Part shown: one piece after another, positions 1 to 13,100 of the stretch
Position numbering within the stretch: the stretch's first letter is position 1
Layout of the letters: the number at the start of each line of letters is the position of its first letter
Assembly: GCA_028534125.1 (NCBI GenBank)
Contig: CM052818.1
Coordinates: forward strand, 13,518,001-13,582,000
Direction of reading: 5' to 3'
DNA from: Lama glama
Lineage: Eukaryota
DNA: 64,000 nucleotides
Program-made: the position numbers and the translations under genes
Notes under the pieces: generated by a model
What the model was told of the DNA's origin: nothing
What the model saw: the letters and a program-made list of their open reading frames with translations, nothing else
Databases searched by the model: none

Positions 1-88
1 TCTATAGCTAATAAATGAGAAAGCAAGGATTTATACCTGAGCTGTCAGGCTCCAAAGGCTGCGCTCTTAACCACAATACTGTACTGAC
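1..88 (-). mobile_element. MIR SINE fragment
   Basis: ggctccaaaggctgcgctcttaaccacaatactgtactg is the reverse complement of the MIR 5' end (CAGTATAGCATAGTGGTTAAGAGC...GGAGCC). Confidence 0.7.
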
Positions 89-1719
89 TAGGCTTAATAT
101 ACACAACCACAAACAATATGCATGAGGTTAATTTGATTTGCAAACAGATTTCCAAGAGCTTAAAATAAAGTGTTTCATTCTATATACAGAATTTAGATTT
201 TTCTTCTTTTACAGTAGATATTGGAACTATTGATCTAAAAGAGTAGAATAATTCAACATCTAAAAATTTCAAGCTGTCCTTTCCAATGATGCATTGAATT
301 TCATTTCACTAGCTAGTTTTTAAAGCTAATTAATGTAAGATTGCATCCAGTTTAAGAACCACAGGTATGTTCTTATTTTAATATTTTTCAAGAACTTGAA
401 TCTTTTTTCTCTGGAAGGTTGCTTTTTTAAGCTAACGACTCAGCATCTGTACTTTGGTCACCATTCATAACTTGTTCCATTTCTCACATCTATTAGTGGA
501 AATTAGGCTTGGCTATTGAATAACCCATTGCACATTGTAAATGGAGTTACTTTCCACTAAGTATAAATAAAAGATTCCAATAGTTACTACATATTTTACC
601 AATGGGAAATTAACTATAACTTCAAGTGAGCCCTTTTTGAAACAGAATCTGAAATATTTTTAATAGTAAAAAATACGAGATGACATCTTTGTCAAATACT
701 TACCTCATACTTTTAAGTTGATCAGAATTCTCTGAAGTGTCAAATTACAAATCATTGTCAAACATAGCAAATTAAATTCACTATCAATTTACAAAACAAT
801 TTAATTGAATAATTATAACCCAACAGAATTTGTTAGGTGACTATAATGTGACTAGCCAGTAGCAATAATAAACAAGTATTCACATTATTTACAGGCAGAA
901 ATAAAATAAAAGTGTTATTTATTGATTAAATGTGAAAGATCAACCTCTTTTTACCTCTTCTTTTCCAAGTAGCATCTTTTCACTCATTCTCTAAATAAGA
1001 TAAAGTAAAAATTTGATTTGAATTTAAAAATTAAGCATACCAAGTACAGTATCTTAATTTAGTAAGGTATCTGTGGTGAATAGGACCTCAAAATGGATGC
1101 TGGTAAGATATATCTAAAAATTCAAAAACAAGTCTAAAACAATTTTATAGTACTAGTTTGTCCACATTTTTATGGAGAAAGATATACTGAAGTAAATTTC
1201 ACTAAGTTATTATAATTCTTTGATAAAGTTTCTATATACACTTATAGTATTTTGAATTTTTCTACTTTATTTTTACTAAACTATTTTCATCAGTATCAAT
1301 TTGTTTGGGGGTATATTTTACAATGAAGATTTTGTCATTTATGAGGTTTTCATCTATATCAAATGTTACTGATTATATCTTCAGCCATTTTGAATTTTCT
1401 TTTTGTGACCATCTTTTCATACCAAGTAAAATTTTGCAGTCTAAATTTTGTCAATAATACTTTATTTTTCTGTTACGTTTGGAAAAATGACACATTTTAT
1501 CATGTGAAATTTTAATAATTGTCATTGTTATTTCTTATTCTCTGTATGTAAAATTCATTATGATCTTAATTAAAGACAATTGATTGTTGGTTTATGATAA
1601 TATTATGAGTAATTTCTTTCAGATAATCCAGGATTGCTCTATCATTAAGGATTGGCCAGTTGTATGGCTTGTATACTTCCAATCACTTTTGTATTCCATA
1701 AACCAACTATCCACATCAT

Positions 1720-1900
1720 TGACTGAACTACCTAGATCAAGTTGCTTCACCTGACTACCTGTTTCTGTTTTCTAATTTATAAAATCAGAATTATAATAGT
1801 GCATACCTTATCAAATTGCTATATTATAAGAGAAAATACATGTAAAGAACCTAGAAAAGAGTCCAGCACCTAAAAATCACTCCATAAATATAGCTATCAC
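1720..1900 (+). mobile_element. MIR SINE
   Basis: Degenerate MIR core and 3' end: caagttgcttcacct...tataaaatcagaattataatagt...atacatgtaaagaacctagaa...cactccataaata. Confidence 0.7.
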
Positions 1901-2304
1901 ACTTTTCACTAAGTGGCAGATTAAAGAGTAGACTGAAGGGCCAAAATGTCCTTGATGTCAATACAGTGGAGTCAAAATGGCAAGATCAAAACAGCAAAAT
2001 CAAAAGGTGAGATCAAAATATTTTGTTTTATTAACACATAGTACCTAACTTATTTGCAAGTCCACCCTGAATAGGAGAAAGAAGAAACTTTCATTATTAC
2101 ATTCTCTATCGTAACTTAGCAACCATTTTACTGTTTTGGGAATAACTCTATACTAAATCCATTTAAGTAAAAATATAATACAACACTATGTAATTCATAG
2201 CAAAGACTGCTACCTCCTTGTGACTTTTTTCTGTAATGAATACAATTCTTAAAAATTACAGTATTTATGTTAACTTTCTTAGCAATCTGCCTTCTCAATG
2301 TGTT

Positions 2305-2450
2305 TTCACAGCCATTACTTCAACTGAGCCTCACAATCACCCCAGAAAGTTTGATTAGGACATTATACAGATGTAATAGGTGGGCCACAGAGAAAACGAA
2401 AGATCTGTCCAAGGTACACAGCCACCCAGGTGGTGAGGCAAAACTTAAAT
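2305..2450 (-). mobile_element. MIR SINE fragment
   Basis: cctcacaatcaccc...gatctgtccaaggtacacagc resembles the antisense MIR core. Confidence 0.55.
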
Positions 2451-4020
2451 TAACCCTTTGACAATATCACTCAAGCATTACCAGATACCAAAACCAGACA
2501 AAGACACAAGAAAAGAAAATTACAGGCTGATATCCCTGATGAATATAAGATGCAAAAATCCTCAGAGAAATTCTAGCAAATCGAATCCAACAGCATATTA
2601 AAAGGATGATACAACATGACCAAGTGAGATTTATCCCTGGGATAAAAGAATGGTTCAATATATGAAAATCAATTAATGTGATACACCATATCAATAGAAT
2701 AAAGAATAAAAATCTCATGACTGTCTCAACAGATGGTGAAAAAGTATTTCACAACATTCAACATTCTTACATAATAAAAACTCTCAACAAACTAGGAATA
2801 GAAGGAAAATACCTAACGTAATAAAGACCATATATGAAAAGCCCATAGCTAACATCATACTCAATGGTGAAAAACTGAAAATTTTTTTCCTCTAAAATCA
2901 AGAATAAGGTAAGGATGCCCACTCTCAGCACTTCTATTTTAACATGGTACTAGAAGTCCAAGAGCAATTAGACAAGAAAAAGATATAAAAGACATCCAAA
3001 TTGGGAAGGAAGAAGCAAAATTATCCCTGTTTGCAGATAACATGATCTTACATACAGAAAACCCCAGATCCCATTTTTAAAAAGCTGTTACAACTAATAA
3101 AAGTGTTCAGTAAAATTGCAGGATACAAAAATCAACATATGAAATCGGTTTCATTTTTATACGCTAAAAATGAACTAGCTGGAAAGGAAATTAGGAAAAC
3201 AATCAAATTTATAATAGCACCAAAACGAATAAAATACTTAGAAGTAAACTTAACTAAGGAGATCAAAGATTTATATACTGAAAACTACAACCCATTTAGG
3301 AAGAAAATTAAACAAGACAAAACAGTGGAAAGACATCTCGTGTTCATGGACTGGAAGCCTTAATATGGATAAAATGTCCGTACCCAAAGTGATCTACAGA
3401 TTCAGTGCAATCCCTATCAAAATCCCAAAGATTTCTTTTTACAGAAATAGAAAAAACAAATATTTGCAAATCAAATATTTGATAAAGAGTTAATCTCCAA
3501 AATACATAAGCAACTCCTACAATTCAATAACCAAAACAAAAACAAAAAGAAAAAGAAAAAGTAATAATCTGATTTCCAAAATGGGCTAAAGATATGAATA
3601 GACATTTCTTCAAAGATACACAAATGGCCAACAGGTATATGGAAAAAATGCTCATCGTCACTGATCATTAGGGAAATGCAAATCAAAATCACAATGAGAT
3701 ATCATCTCATACCTGACAGAATGACTATTAAGAAAAAAACAAAAGACAATAAGCATTGGCAAGGATATAGGGAAACTGGAACACTTGAACACTACTGGTG
3801 GGAATGCAAAATGGTGCAGCTGCTATGGAAAATATTATGGAAGTTCCTCAAAAAATTAAAAATAGAACTACCATGTGATTCAGCAATTGGCTTCTTGGTA
3901 TATGTCCAAAAGAATTTAGGATCTCAAAGAAGTATTAGAACTCATATTCATTGCAACACTATTCACAATAGCAAAGAAGCAGAAGTAACTTAAATGTCCA
4001 TTGACAAAAGACTGTATTTT

Positions 4021-5078
4021 TTTAAACATTTTTTATTGATTTATAATCATTTTACAATGTTGTGTCAAATTCCAGTGTTCAGCACAATTTTTCAGTCATT
4101 CATGGACATATAAACACTCATTGTCACATTTTTTTCTCTGTGCATTATCATAACATTTTGTATATATTTCCCTGTGCTATACAGTGTAGTCTTGTTTATC
4201 TATTCTACAGTTTTGAAATCCCAGTCTATCCCTTCCCACCCTCCACCCCCCTGGTAACCACAAGTCTGTATTCTCTGTCTGTGAGTCTATTTCTGTCCTG
4301 TATTTATGCTTTGTTTTTTTTTTGTTTTGTTTTGTTTTTTGAGGAGTTTCTTGGCTTGATGTTTATGGTAAAACAAAGGCATTTGCATACATTTTTTTTC
4401 TCTGTGATTTATCATAACATTTTGTGTATATTTCCCNNNNNNNNNNNNNNNNNNNNNNNNNNNNNNNNNNNNNNNNNNNNNNNNNNNNNNNNNNNNNNNN
4501 NNNNNNNNNNNNNNNNNNNNNNNNNNNNNNNNNNNNNNNNNNNNNNNNNNNNNNNNNNNNNNNNNNNNNNNNNNNNNNNNNNNNNNNNNNNNNNNNNNNN
4601 NNNNNNNNNNNNNNNNNNNNNNNNNNNNNNNNNNNNNNNNNNNNNNNNNNNNNNNNNNNNNNNNNNNNNNNNNNNNNNNNNNNNNNNNNNNNNNNNNNNN
4701 NNNNNNNNNNNNNNNNNNNNNNNNNNNNNNNNNNNNNNNNNNNNNNNNNNNNNNNNNNNNNNNNNNNNNNNNNNNNNNNNNNNNNNNNNNNNNNNNNNNN
4801 NNNNNNNNNNNNNNNNNNNNNNNNNNNNNNNNNNNNNNNNNNNNNNNNNNNNNNNNNNNNNNNNNNNNNNNNNNNNNNNNNNNNNNNNNNNNNNNNNNNN
4901 NNNNNNNNNNNNNNNNNNNNNNNNNNNNNNNNNNNNTTAAAGTCTTCTTTAATTTCCTTCATCAATGGTTTATAGTTTTCTGTGTATAATTCTTTCACCT
5001 CCTTGGTTAGATTTATTCCCAGATATTTTATTACTTTGGGTGCTATTTTAAAGGGGATTGTTTCTTTACTTTCTTTTT
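4021..5078 (-). mobile_element. Young camelid-type LINE-1, 5'-truncated, inserted antisense in the older L1; spans the assembly gap
   Basis: Poly-T plus 3' end ttttattgatttataatcattttacaatgttgtgtcaaattcc. After the gap, minus-strand ORF2 reads [22 protein letters not shown] aagactg(t/c)attttt at 4008-4021 and 5079-5092, at a TT/AAAA site. Confidence 0.9.
4437..4936. other. Assembly gap (500 N)
   Basis: Run of exactly 500 N. Confidence 1.
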
Positions 5079-5594
5079 AAGACTGCATTTTTAAAATGTG
5101 GTGTATACATACAATGGAATACTATTCAGCCTTTAAAAAAAAAGAAAAGAAAATTCTGCAATATTTAACATGATGGACCTTGAAGACATTATGCTAAATG
5201 AAAAAGCCACACATAGAAAGACAAACACTGCGTGACTCATATGACATATCTAAAATAGTCAAATTCATAAAATCAAAGAGTAGAATGGTGGTTACCAGGG
5301 GCTGAGGAAAGGAGGAAATGGGAAGTTATTAATCAACATTCACGAAGTTTTAGTTAAGTAAGATGAATAAGTTCTAGAGATCTGCTGTACAATATTTGTG
5401 TCTCTAGTCAACAACAGTGTATTGTAAACTTGAAATTTGTTAAAAGGATAGATCTCATGTTAAGTGTTCTTACATTATGTAATTTTAAAAATCTCAGTTT
5501 CAAATGTTTAAATTCCCCTTAGTTCACAGGATGCTTATTATATACCAAAGTAAGTATTTTTGACATGTTCTGATTACCTCTCCCACCAAAGTAT

Positions 5595-6092
5595 TTTGAT
5601 GACTTCCCATTGTTCTTAGGATTAAAGATGAAAATCATACATAACACGGCCTTTGAGGGTCTGTTGCCCATCTTCCTATTGCTCCCTCCTGCTGCCTCAT
5701 CCTCACTCACAGCTTCACTGACCCTCTCACTCCTTGTCCTTCCTGTCACAGATCTTTGGGGCTTAGCCACTATCTCTAGGGAACTGTTCACCTCACTCTT
5801 CAACCAAGTAACTTCTCTTTTTCCTTTAGCTCTCCTCCCATGTCACAACTATGTCAAACCTACCTATTTTATGCTCTAATAGCTCCATGTACTTCCCTTT
5901 TTAAACTCTTATTACTGATACCATTTTAAATGTATTTGTGTGATTATGTCATTACTGTCTGTCTTCCCCACTGGACTCTAAACTCTATGAGGGTGGGTGC
6001 TCCCATGCCTGGATTTTCTCACCATTGTTCATCATTGTTTAATAATGTGCCTAGAACAGAGCAGGTGCACTATGAAACAAATGAACAAATGA
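5595..6092 (+). mobile_element. LINE-2 3' fragment
   Basis: gtctgtcttccccactggactctaaactctatgaggg...gtgcctagaacagagcaggtgc...aatgaacaaatgaa is the L2 3' terminus. Confidence 0.8.
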
Positions 6093-8510
6093 AAGGCCTC
6101 AACAAAATAAGATTTGAATCTACACTTCTCACTTGTGACATACAACTGCATGGTCTCCCTTTTCAATGGCTCCCATATTGGGCACAGTTCCATAGAGGAA
6201 GCAGCTTTCTCACCCTGAATAAAGCCCTCACCACAGGAATTCCAGGGGAGGGCATGGAGTACTTGAGATATCTATGACTTCTAGATTCCCTGGAAGAGTT
6301 TAAAGTTACCATATAGTTGGGGAAAGCCAAGGTGTGCCAGAAAAAGACCTTCTGAACTAGGTGTTAATCTCGCCACAGTTACTCTCTCTTCTGAGAATTA
6401 ATCTCTTCTCAGATATTATAAGGATTTCTGACTATCTGATAATACTGATTTTTCTGCCACTCTGAAAAGAGCTAAATTTTTTATGGCTTAGAAATTATTT
6501 TGTTTGTCTGTTTTCCAGCTTACCGTAACTTAATTTCAAACTATTTGATGGAGAATCTAAATGCACAAAAATAGTTTACCTGATCCACAAATCCCAAGAG
6601 TATCTCTTCATGAAATTGTAGTATCTTAAGGGTGGAATGGACCTAAGAGAGATCATAACCCATCACCTTTGACATCTGCAACTCCAAGTCCATCCAGGCT
6701 TCTCACTCAAGTGTTCCCTTGAGTTAAGGCAATCTGTCTCGTATAGTTTAAGGGGGCTTGGAGCAGAACTTCATAAAAGTTCTGTGAAAAAAAGAGCAAA
6801 GAAAGTTGTATCTCTTTACAAAGATACAGAGAAACAGGAAGAGATGGTGCAGAAAAGGGAGGATATGTGGAAATAGGAGTTGGGGAATGAATAATAGCAA
6901 AAAGAACTTGGGAAAATACTGAAAATGAAAAAAAAATTGGAAACATGCACAAATTAAGATAGCCCAGGATATGAGTCAGAAGAGACTTGGTTAAAAAAAG
7001 ACAACCAAAGAAAAATAAGGAAAATGAAGATTCCTTTGCTGTGTTTGTTGTTGTTGTTCTCTTACAAACATAAGTTTACAGTTTCAAAACAAGGCAAAAA
7101 TCAGAGTTGTTATAATGTACTGTATGTGTAGGGAGCTAAATTTTTGAGGTAAAATATGATTAACCAAGAATAATCAAATCAGATGAAAAAAATCAAATGT
7201 AAAATAAAGTATACCTTACATTTTTTAAAAGAAATTACAGTGAACAGCTAAGATCCCTTCCAAAATGTTTAATTTTCCTTCACCAGCTTCGTCACAGTGT
7301 GTTCACCCACACAGCCCAATGTTAGTGGCCTGTAAATCAAACCATTCATAAAAATCAGAAATAAAATATATATGAGTACAGGAGTTTCCTGATATTGGCA
7401 AGACTCCAATCCACATGTATTCCTGGGCTTGATCCACTAACATTAAGAAGCCAGTCTGTTCTTAGTTCAGTAATGGGGAAGGTTCTACCAATCTTAATTT
7501 ACACGGACTAGTGTACTCTTTGTAAGGAGAAAAATGTCTCTAACAAATTACTTCAAAACTGTCATATGAGATATTGCTACAAGGTGTATAAACTCATCCT
7601 GACTACCAATTTGCAACAAGGCAAAGAACGAAGTACCAGAAAATTTTGAAAATCTGTCCCAATGTACTTTTGACCCACAGCAGTGTAACAGTTTAAGAAA
7701 GGATATACCATTCATGGGTGTGACATCTATAGCAGGGAAACCATCTCTTAGACACTTGCATGCAATACAGGACACTGCACCTAGGGAAGATGTAGTGCCC
7801 ACCAACAACAAAGCAAATAAGGGTTCTGACAAAACAAACAAACTAACAAAAAGTCTTTGAAAGGAATAAGCTGCAGATCATATAGAATAATCTTAGCTGA
7901 AAAAATGTCAAAAAGAAGGCACAGTAACTGCCTTTCTGCCAAAGTCTGACTCCCTGGGAGGGGCTGTCAGAGCAGTCTTCAAGTCTGTTGACTTGTTTTT
8001 TCAAGCTGTTAATGTAACTCACAGCTACATTGGTTTGTTTTGTTGTTGTGACATGGTCTCCATAGATGTGCATTGAAATTGTGCCCAGCTGCACTGAAGC
8101 CAAGAACCATGCAATCTGGAGGTTATGCAAGCGAGATTACAAGGCTCCAAGGTATCCAGTGCCTGCACTGCTCATCTCTTCCATTTACCTCGAAGTTTGA
8201 CTTGTCCAGCTTGGACAATGGAATGTTGCATTGCGACCAGATCCAAATGCTTTAGGAAAGTGGCTACATTTGCAGGGAAGGAAGAGAGCTTTATCCTCAC
8301 ATCAGGACTTTATTTGCACACCTAGGGAATGGTCAGTGATAACCAGGACCAATTTAGTGCCTGTTTGTCTTTAGTTGTCCCTCTTCCTTTTTGTGTGGAG
8401 CCCTACTTGCTCATCTTTATTCCTCTCAGGAGTCCATTACCCTCATGTTTGCTTCATCCCTGTCCATCTCAGGAAATGTATTCACAAGAAATAACTTGAT
8501 CAGCTCATTC

Positions 8511-8683
8511 ACACCAGACTTAGCAAAGAAAAATACAGGACATGCAGTTAAATTTGAATTTCAGATAAACAATGAACATTGTTTTTCATGCGACACTTGA
8601 GACATACTTATACTAAAATTATTCACTGTTTATTTGAAATTCAGATTTAACTGGGGTTGTCCTATATTTTATATGGCAACCCT
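8511..8683 (+). mobile_element. MER53 hAT MITE (palindromic)
   Basis: ccagacttagcaaagaaaaatacaggac...gttaaatttgaatttcagataaac, its inverted partner gtttatttgaaattcagatttaact, and terminal ggcaaccct. Confidence 0.88.
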
Positions 8684-9439
8684 ACACCAAAGAATAAATG
8701 ACCTGTGATATTTTTACCTCTCCCAAGGAGAGGCCTGAATTTTAACTTGGGTCAAAGTCCCTATAGCTTAAACTAAATTTATAGTTAGGAAATTTTAGCA
8801 CCAAACCAGGAGAAAAACACATTTTATCAGGTAAGCAATCACTTATTACGCCCAGCCATAAGGAGTCATTTTTTTTTAATTGCAAAAGAGATAGAAAGTA
8901 TCACTTGATTTTCATCCACTTGGACTTAAGGCTACTTATCAATATTTACTTCAAATCAATGTGATTGTTCATATTAATTGGTGCTTTATTCTTCTAGATG
9001 GAGAAAATGAAATTCAAAAATACAAGCTTCTGCCCTCAAAATATCTATTCCAACAGTGTCTTCAGTGAAATGGAGATACATATGGTATTAGTTGAAATCC
9101 TAGGCCACAGCTCACATATCATTAACAAAGACTTTTCACATGCCATGTCTACTGACAAAGCCAAGTATGAAATACGTACATTTCAAGTTCTCAGAAAATC
9201 TATAGTTTAGGGTCAGAGAAAGGGAAGAGATATGAAACGAATGGTAATCAAATAGAAAATAGGAAGGGGAATGGAGTAAAAGAAAGAAGAAAATTAATGC
9301 AGTATAAAAAGTGCAAATAGGGAGTCAAGAGAACACTTGGGCCAACCTCAATTACAACCTCCATTACCTAGATAGATGGTAAACTTCTGGTGTGAGTTAA
9401 GGATCTCTGGGAAGAACCCTGAGGAAGACACTAGAGATG

Positions 9440-9931
9440 AGCTCATTCAACATCTATTCCAACCTCCTTCAGCAATGACTTCCTGTGTATTATATAGGCT
9501 GGTAAACTAAAAACTGCCTTTTTCCACACTTCCTTGTAACTGAGTTCTGGGTATGATGTAGGCTCCGCTATTAGATTCATTTCCAGAACATGAATTCACA
9601 CTTAGTAAAGCAAGGAGAGAGACTGGACACGAGGTATCGTTCTGCTGCTGCAGATGAAGTGTTGACTCCCCAGTTTAGCAAAAGTGGCTTCCTGACCACA
9701 GCTTCTTCATTTGACAGGCAGCGTCCAGATTGAGGCAAATACAGCAGTTTCTTCGATGAGTCAGTTGTGTTGTGGCTTTGGGATTTGTTTCTGGAAGCTC
9801 ACCAGCCTGATTCTGTTTCTTCTACCCACAGACCAATTCTATAGACCATTGAATACCCTGTCATTAATACATTTCAGCTTAAGCCAGCTAGAGTAGGGCC
9901 TGTTCTCTGCAACTGAACACTAACTGATACA
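9440..9931 (+). mobile_element. ERVL solo LTR (LTR33-like)
   Basis: ggctggtaaactaaaaactgcc...cttccttgtaactgagttctgg, and 3' end gcttaagccagctagagtagg...tgcaactgaacactaactgataca. Confidence 0.75.
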
Positions 9932-9963
9932 AGCTGCTGCTCTCAAAATGTCTACTTCATTAG

Positions 9964-10152
9964 CCTGATGGATCTCAATTTAGCAATGTCTGGAAGACAT
10001 TTCTGGTTGTCACAACTGGAAGACAGAGTGCTATTGGCTACGGGTTAGCAGAGGCCAGAGATGCTGCTAAACATTCTACAATGCACAGGACAGCCCCCAC
10101 AACAAAGTACTGTCCAGTCCAAAATGTCAATACTGCAATGATTAAGAAGCCT
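9964..10152 (+). mobile_element. MER20 hAT-Charlie MITE
   Basis: gcaatgtctggaagacatttctggttgtcacaactgg...gatgctgctaaacattctacaatgcacaggacagcccccacaacaaag. Confidence 0.9.
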
Positions 10153-13100
10153 AGAATCTAATTTGAAGGTTTATCATTAAAAATACAACATTTGTAATAC
10201 ATTGTTCTAACGAGCACACTCTTTCACAATGCAAATAGCCCTCAAAAAATTATAGGTCAAGTTTTGGTCTCAGTCAATGTAGTATTAAGAAACATATTCT
10301 CTTTTTTCTAAGATTTATACGATTTTCATATTTTAATATTTCTGTAACCAAGTCATGATCTCAAATTAAGGTGTGCTTTTAATGTAGTGATTTTTTTTCT
10401 TGTTATTTTTTAATCAAAAAGCCGTTATTAAACATATAATATATCTTAGCACTGGTGGCTTCTTAAAGCAAGGAACAAGGGTAAGCTTGCCAAATGGCAT
10501 GTAGAGGAGAATTGCTAATGGTGGGCAAAGGGCACTGTGGTCTCAATCCCAGCTCCTCAACAGAATCACTGCAGCACTTCTCAATGGTTTAAGCATGAGG
10601 CCCAGACATGTATTTTTTCAATTATCTTTGCAACCACGGTCAAGAACCATTAATTCAGGGCATTTTGAAGAATTTGGACCCCTGAAGATAAAGAAAGAGG
10701 AATGAAAGGGGTGCCACTACTAGGAAAGATAAGCAAAAAGTGATGGCAGATAACCAGACAGACTTCTGAACCTCACTCTTCCACCCAGAACCAGACCTTG
10801 CTACTCTCACCAGGAAATTTGCTAACATTCCAGCTCTTGAGTAAATTTCACAAGCACTCTGTGGCCCAAAGAAAATCGCAGGTGGAGAACTTAACTAATA
10901 ATGGATCTTGACAAAAAGAAATGCTCTCATCTCTCATCTACGCTCTCTCTCATCTACTTCAAAGTCGGTACATATTCAGAAGTAAGATGTGTCTTATAAA
11001 TACATTTTCTATAATTTATAAACATCTCATTCCTCTGTAAAGTCTAGCTCCTGCCTTGATTGAAGAAGTGCTCTGTAAACATTGAATTAAATTCATTCCC
11101 TAAATTGAATTAAATACATTCCCTAAAAGTGCTACTGACTTAAAATGTATGCAGAAGAGATATAAGTCCCTTTTAATAGGGAGAGCAAAAATTCAAGAGA
11201 AAATAGTACCAGGAGACATAGAAACTAGCCCATTTCAACTACCTCTCCAGCAGTGGGAAGAGATCTACACTGGTCCAAATAATTGTTGCCTCGGAAATTT
11301 GCTACTACTGCCAACCCAATATCCCCACTAGTTCTTTGTTAATATTTTTTAAGTCAAAATTGACACAATAAATTCTACAGTGTCCCCAACTGCCTCAAGA
11401 CCAACAGTGTAGACATCTAAAGCCAGACCTCAGATAAGATTCTGAAACCACGCTCTGTTACACCCAAAGGTGTGTTTAGGTAACAGGCCATGATATTGCG
11501 GAGGATCACTTCAAGCAGTAAATAGAGTCTGAAGCCTTAATCTTTTTAGAAATAATAACTTTCATCATTCCAACAGAGTCAGTTTTCCTTTGTTTTACAT
11601 GTATTTATTCTGAGACTTCTAAATATATGCTGGTCTGTTGAAACAGCCTCTGGGCCCAAATACAATGAAAACATTAATTAAAACACATGATTAGAAACAC
11701 CCAGCAGCAAGTCTGGAATAGTATCAGATGAGCTCTGCCACTTCGGCATCACTAATGGAAGACAAATCCACCTGTGAGTGACCTGTATCATGTCCCTCGC
11801 ATCCCCCACGCCACACTCACACCCCCATGGATTCCCAACCAGCTGATGCAGAGGTGGGCGCTCTGCCTGTGGAATTGGCCACACTCAATTATTCTAGTTC
11901 CCTCCTGACTCTTGATTAGGCACAGTATTTACCTGCCTCTCCTTTCATTCTGCAATAAGCTAAAGAGAAATTCACAGAATGCCCAAATTTGGCAGAGATC
12001 TGGGCATGGGAAACTTATGTAATAGTTGGGCTTTGGCAGGGCAGGACTAAAGAGCTGGGTGCCCTTGGCTGAAATGTGCCCTGCACTTTGTGGGCAGCAT
12101 GACTCTCCCTGGGGTGGTCTACCCTTGGTTCTGGTTGCAAACACTTCTGAATGCAGAAGCAGTAGATGAATTAACATGGAATGCACAATGTAAGAATCAA
12201 AGGGAACACAATAGGCAATAGCATGGATTTCAAATCGTGTAGACACTTCAAATTTGAAGGGGATCCCATCTACAGAATACACCCACTTACAAAATAAGCA
12301 ATAAAATTTCACTCCCTTGTGACATAGAAAATTCCCTAAATTCCAAATGTGTTTATACAGCTAATTAGATGTGAAAATCTTAAATCTAGCACAGGCCTGT
12401 TAAGATCTTGTTATATGCAGACATGTTCTGTCAAGGGCGTGTACAAGTGAGGGATGGGTAATATGACTTTGTTGTAAGTTCTCTTCTTAAAGATTCACAA
12501 GTAAAACAAAAGCAAAAGATCTTGGCTTCCTGCTTTTATGTATGATTTTCCCACAAGTCTCCCATCTTAGAAAAACAAGAAAAGAGATTTGAAAGAAAAC
12601 AATAGCAGATCAATGCTAGGTAGGAATAGTATTTCAGAAGTGGTCGGAACATGTTATTTTATATTCTAGTGGATTCTATATTATTCATTCCTCTTTTCTT
12701 TTTTTAATGACAAATATGCCCACACCAAAGAAGATAAAAATGCCTTTTATCATGCATCTGGCCCACATTATATCTCTGGAACCCCTTTTCAATCAGCCAT
12801 GGTGTTTTTCACAATTTTGCAATTTCATCAAATTGCCTGAATCTCATGTGCTGTGTGCTACTATATTCTGTAGTGCCAGCTGGTACCTAAGAGAAAAAAT
12901 AACATTTTCCTTCACTCTTAACCCACATTCTGACTTCTCATGCTGAATTCAATCCCCAGCTAATTAGTTCAAGAGTAAGCAAATTTAACCAAGATTTGGT
13001 ATTACTTTCCTGTTTCTGAGAGCTGGGCTTTCCCCAAATGTAGCTCTCTTGTTACCCTTTGCATTTTAAATAAGTCATTTTGGAGCATGGCTCTTGCTTT

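Larger units (their letters stand above)
2472..5490 (+). mobile_element. Old 5'-truncated LINE-1 (L1MA10/L1MB-like): degenerate ORF2 RT region plus 3' UTR, interrupted by a younger L1
   Basis: Translates to degenerate L1 ORF2 RT motifs ([32 protein letters not shown] for FADD, FSKIAGYK, MRYHL) with frameshifts. Internal deletion near 3458. The 3' UTR gatgaataagttctagagatctgctgtac...gatctcatgttaagtgttctta resumes after 5092. Confidence 0.93.

Noticed and set aside
1200..1720. Faint resemblance of minus-strand translation to C1orf141-like peptides
   Set aside because: Only a few scattered residues match across different frames, with many stops, so it cannot be distinguished from chance.
2467..3993. 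RT-like ORFs as a functional or domesticated reverse transcriptase
   Set aside because: This is frameshifted old L1 ORF2 with FADD changed to FADN and an internal deletion.
4062..4998. Longest ORFs in the track (292, 211 and 183 aa)
   Set aside because: They are artefacts of reading through the 500-N gap within L1 sequence.
8597..8617. miR-1302-like sequence (ttgagacatacttatactaaa) in MER53
   Set aside because: The complementary inner arm (tttagtataagtatgtccca) is deleted in this copy and the seed differs, so the pre-miRNA stem is not supported.
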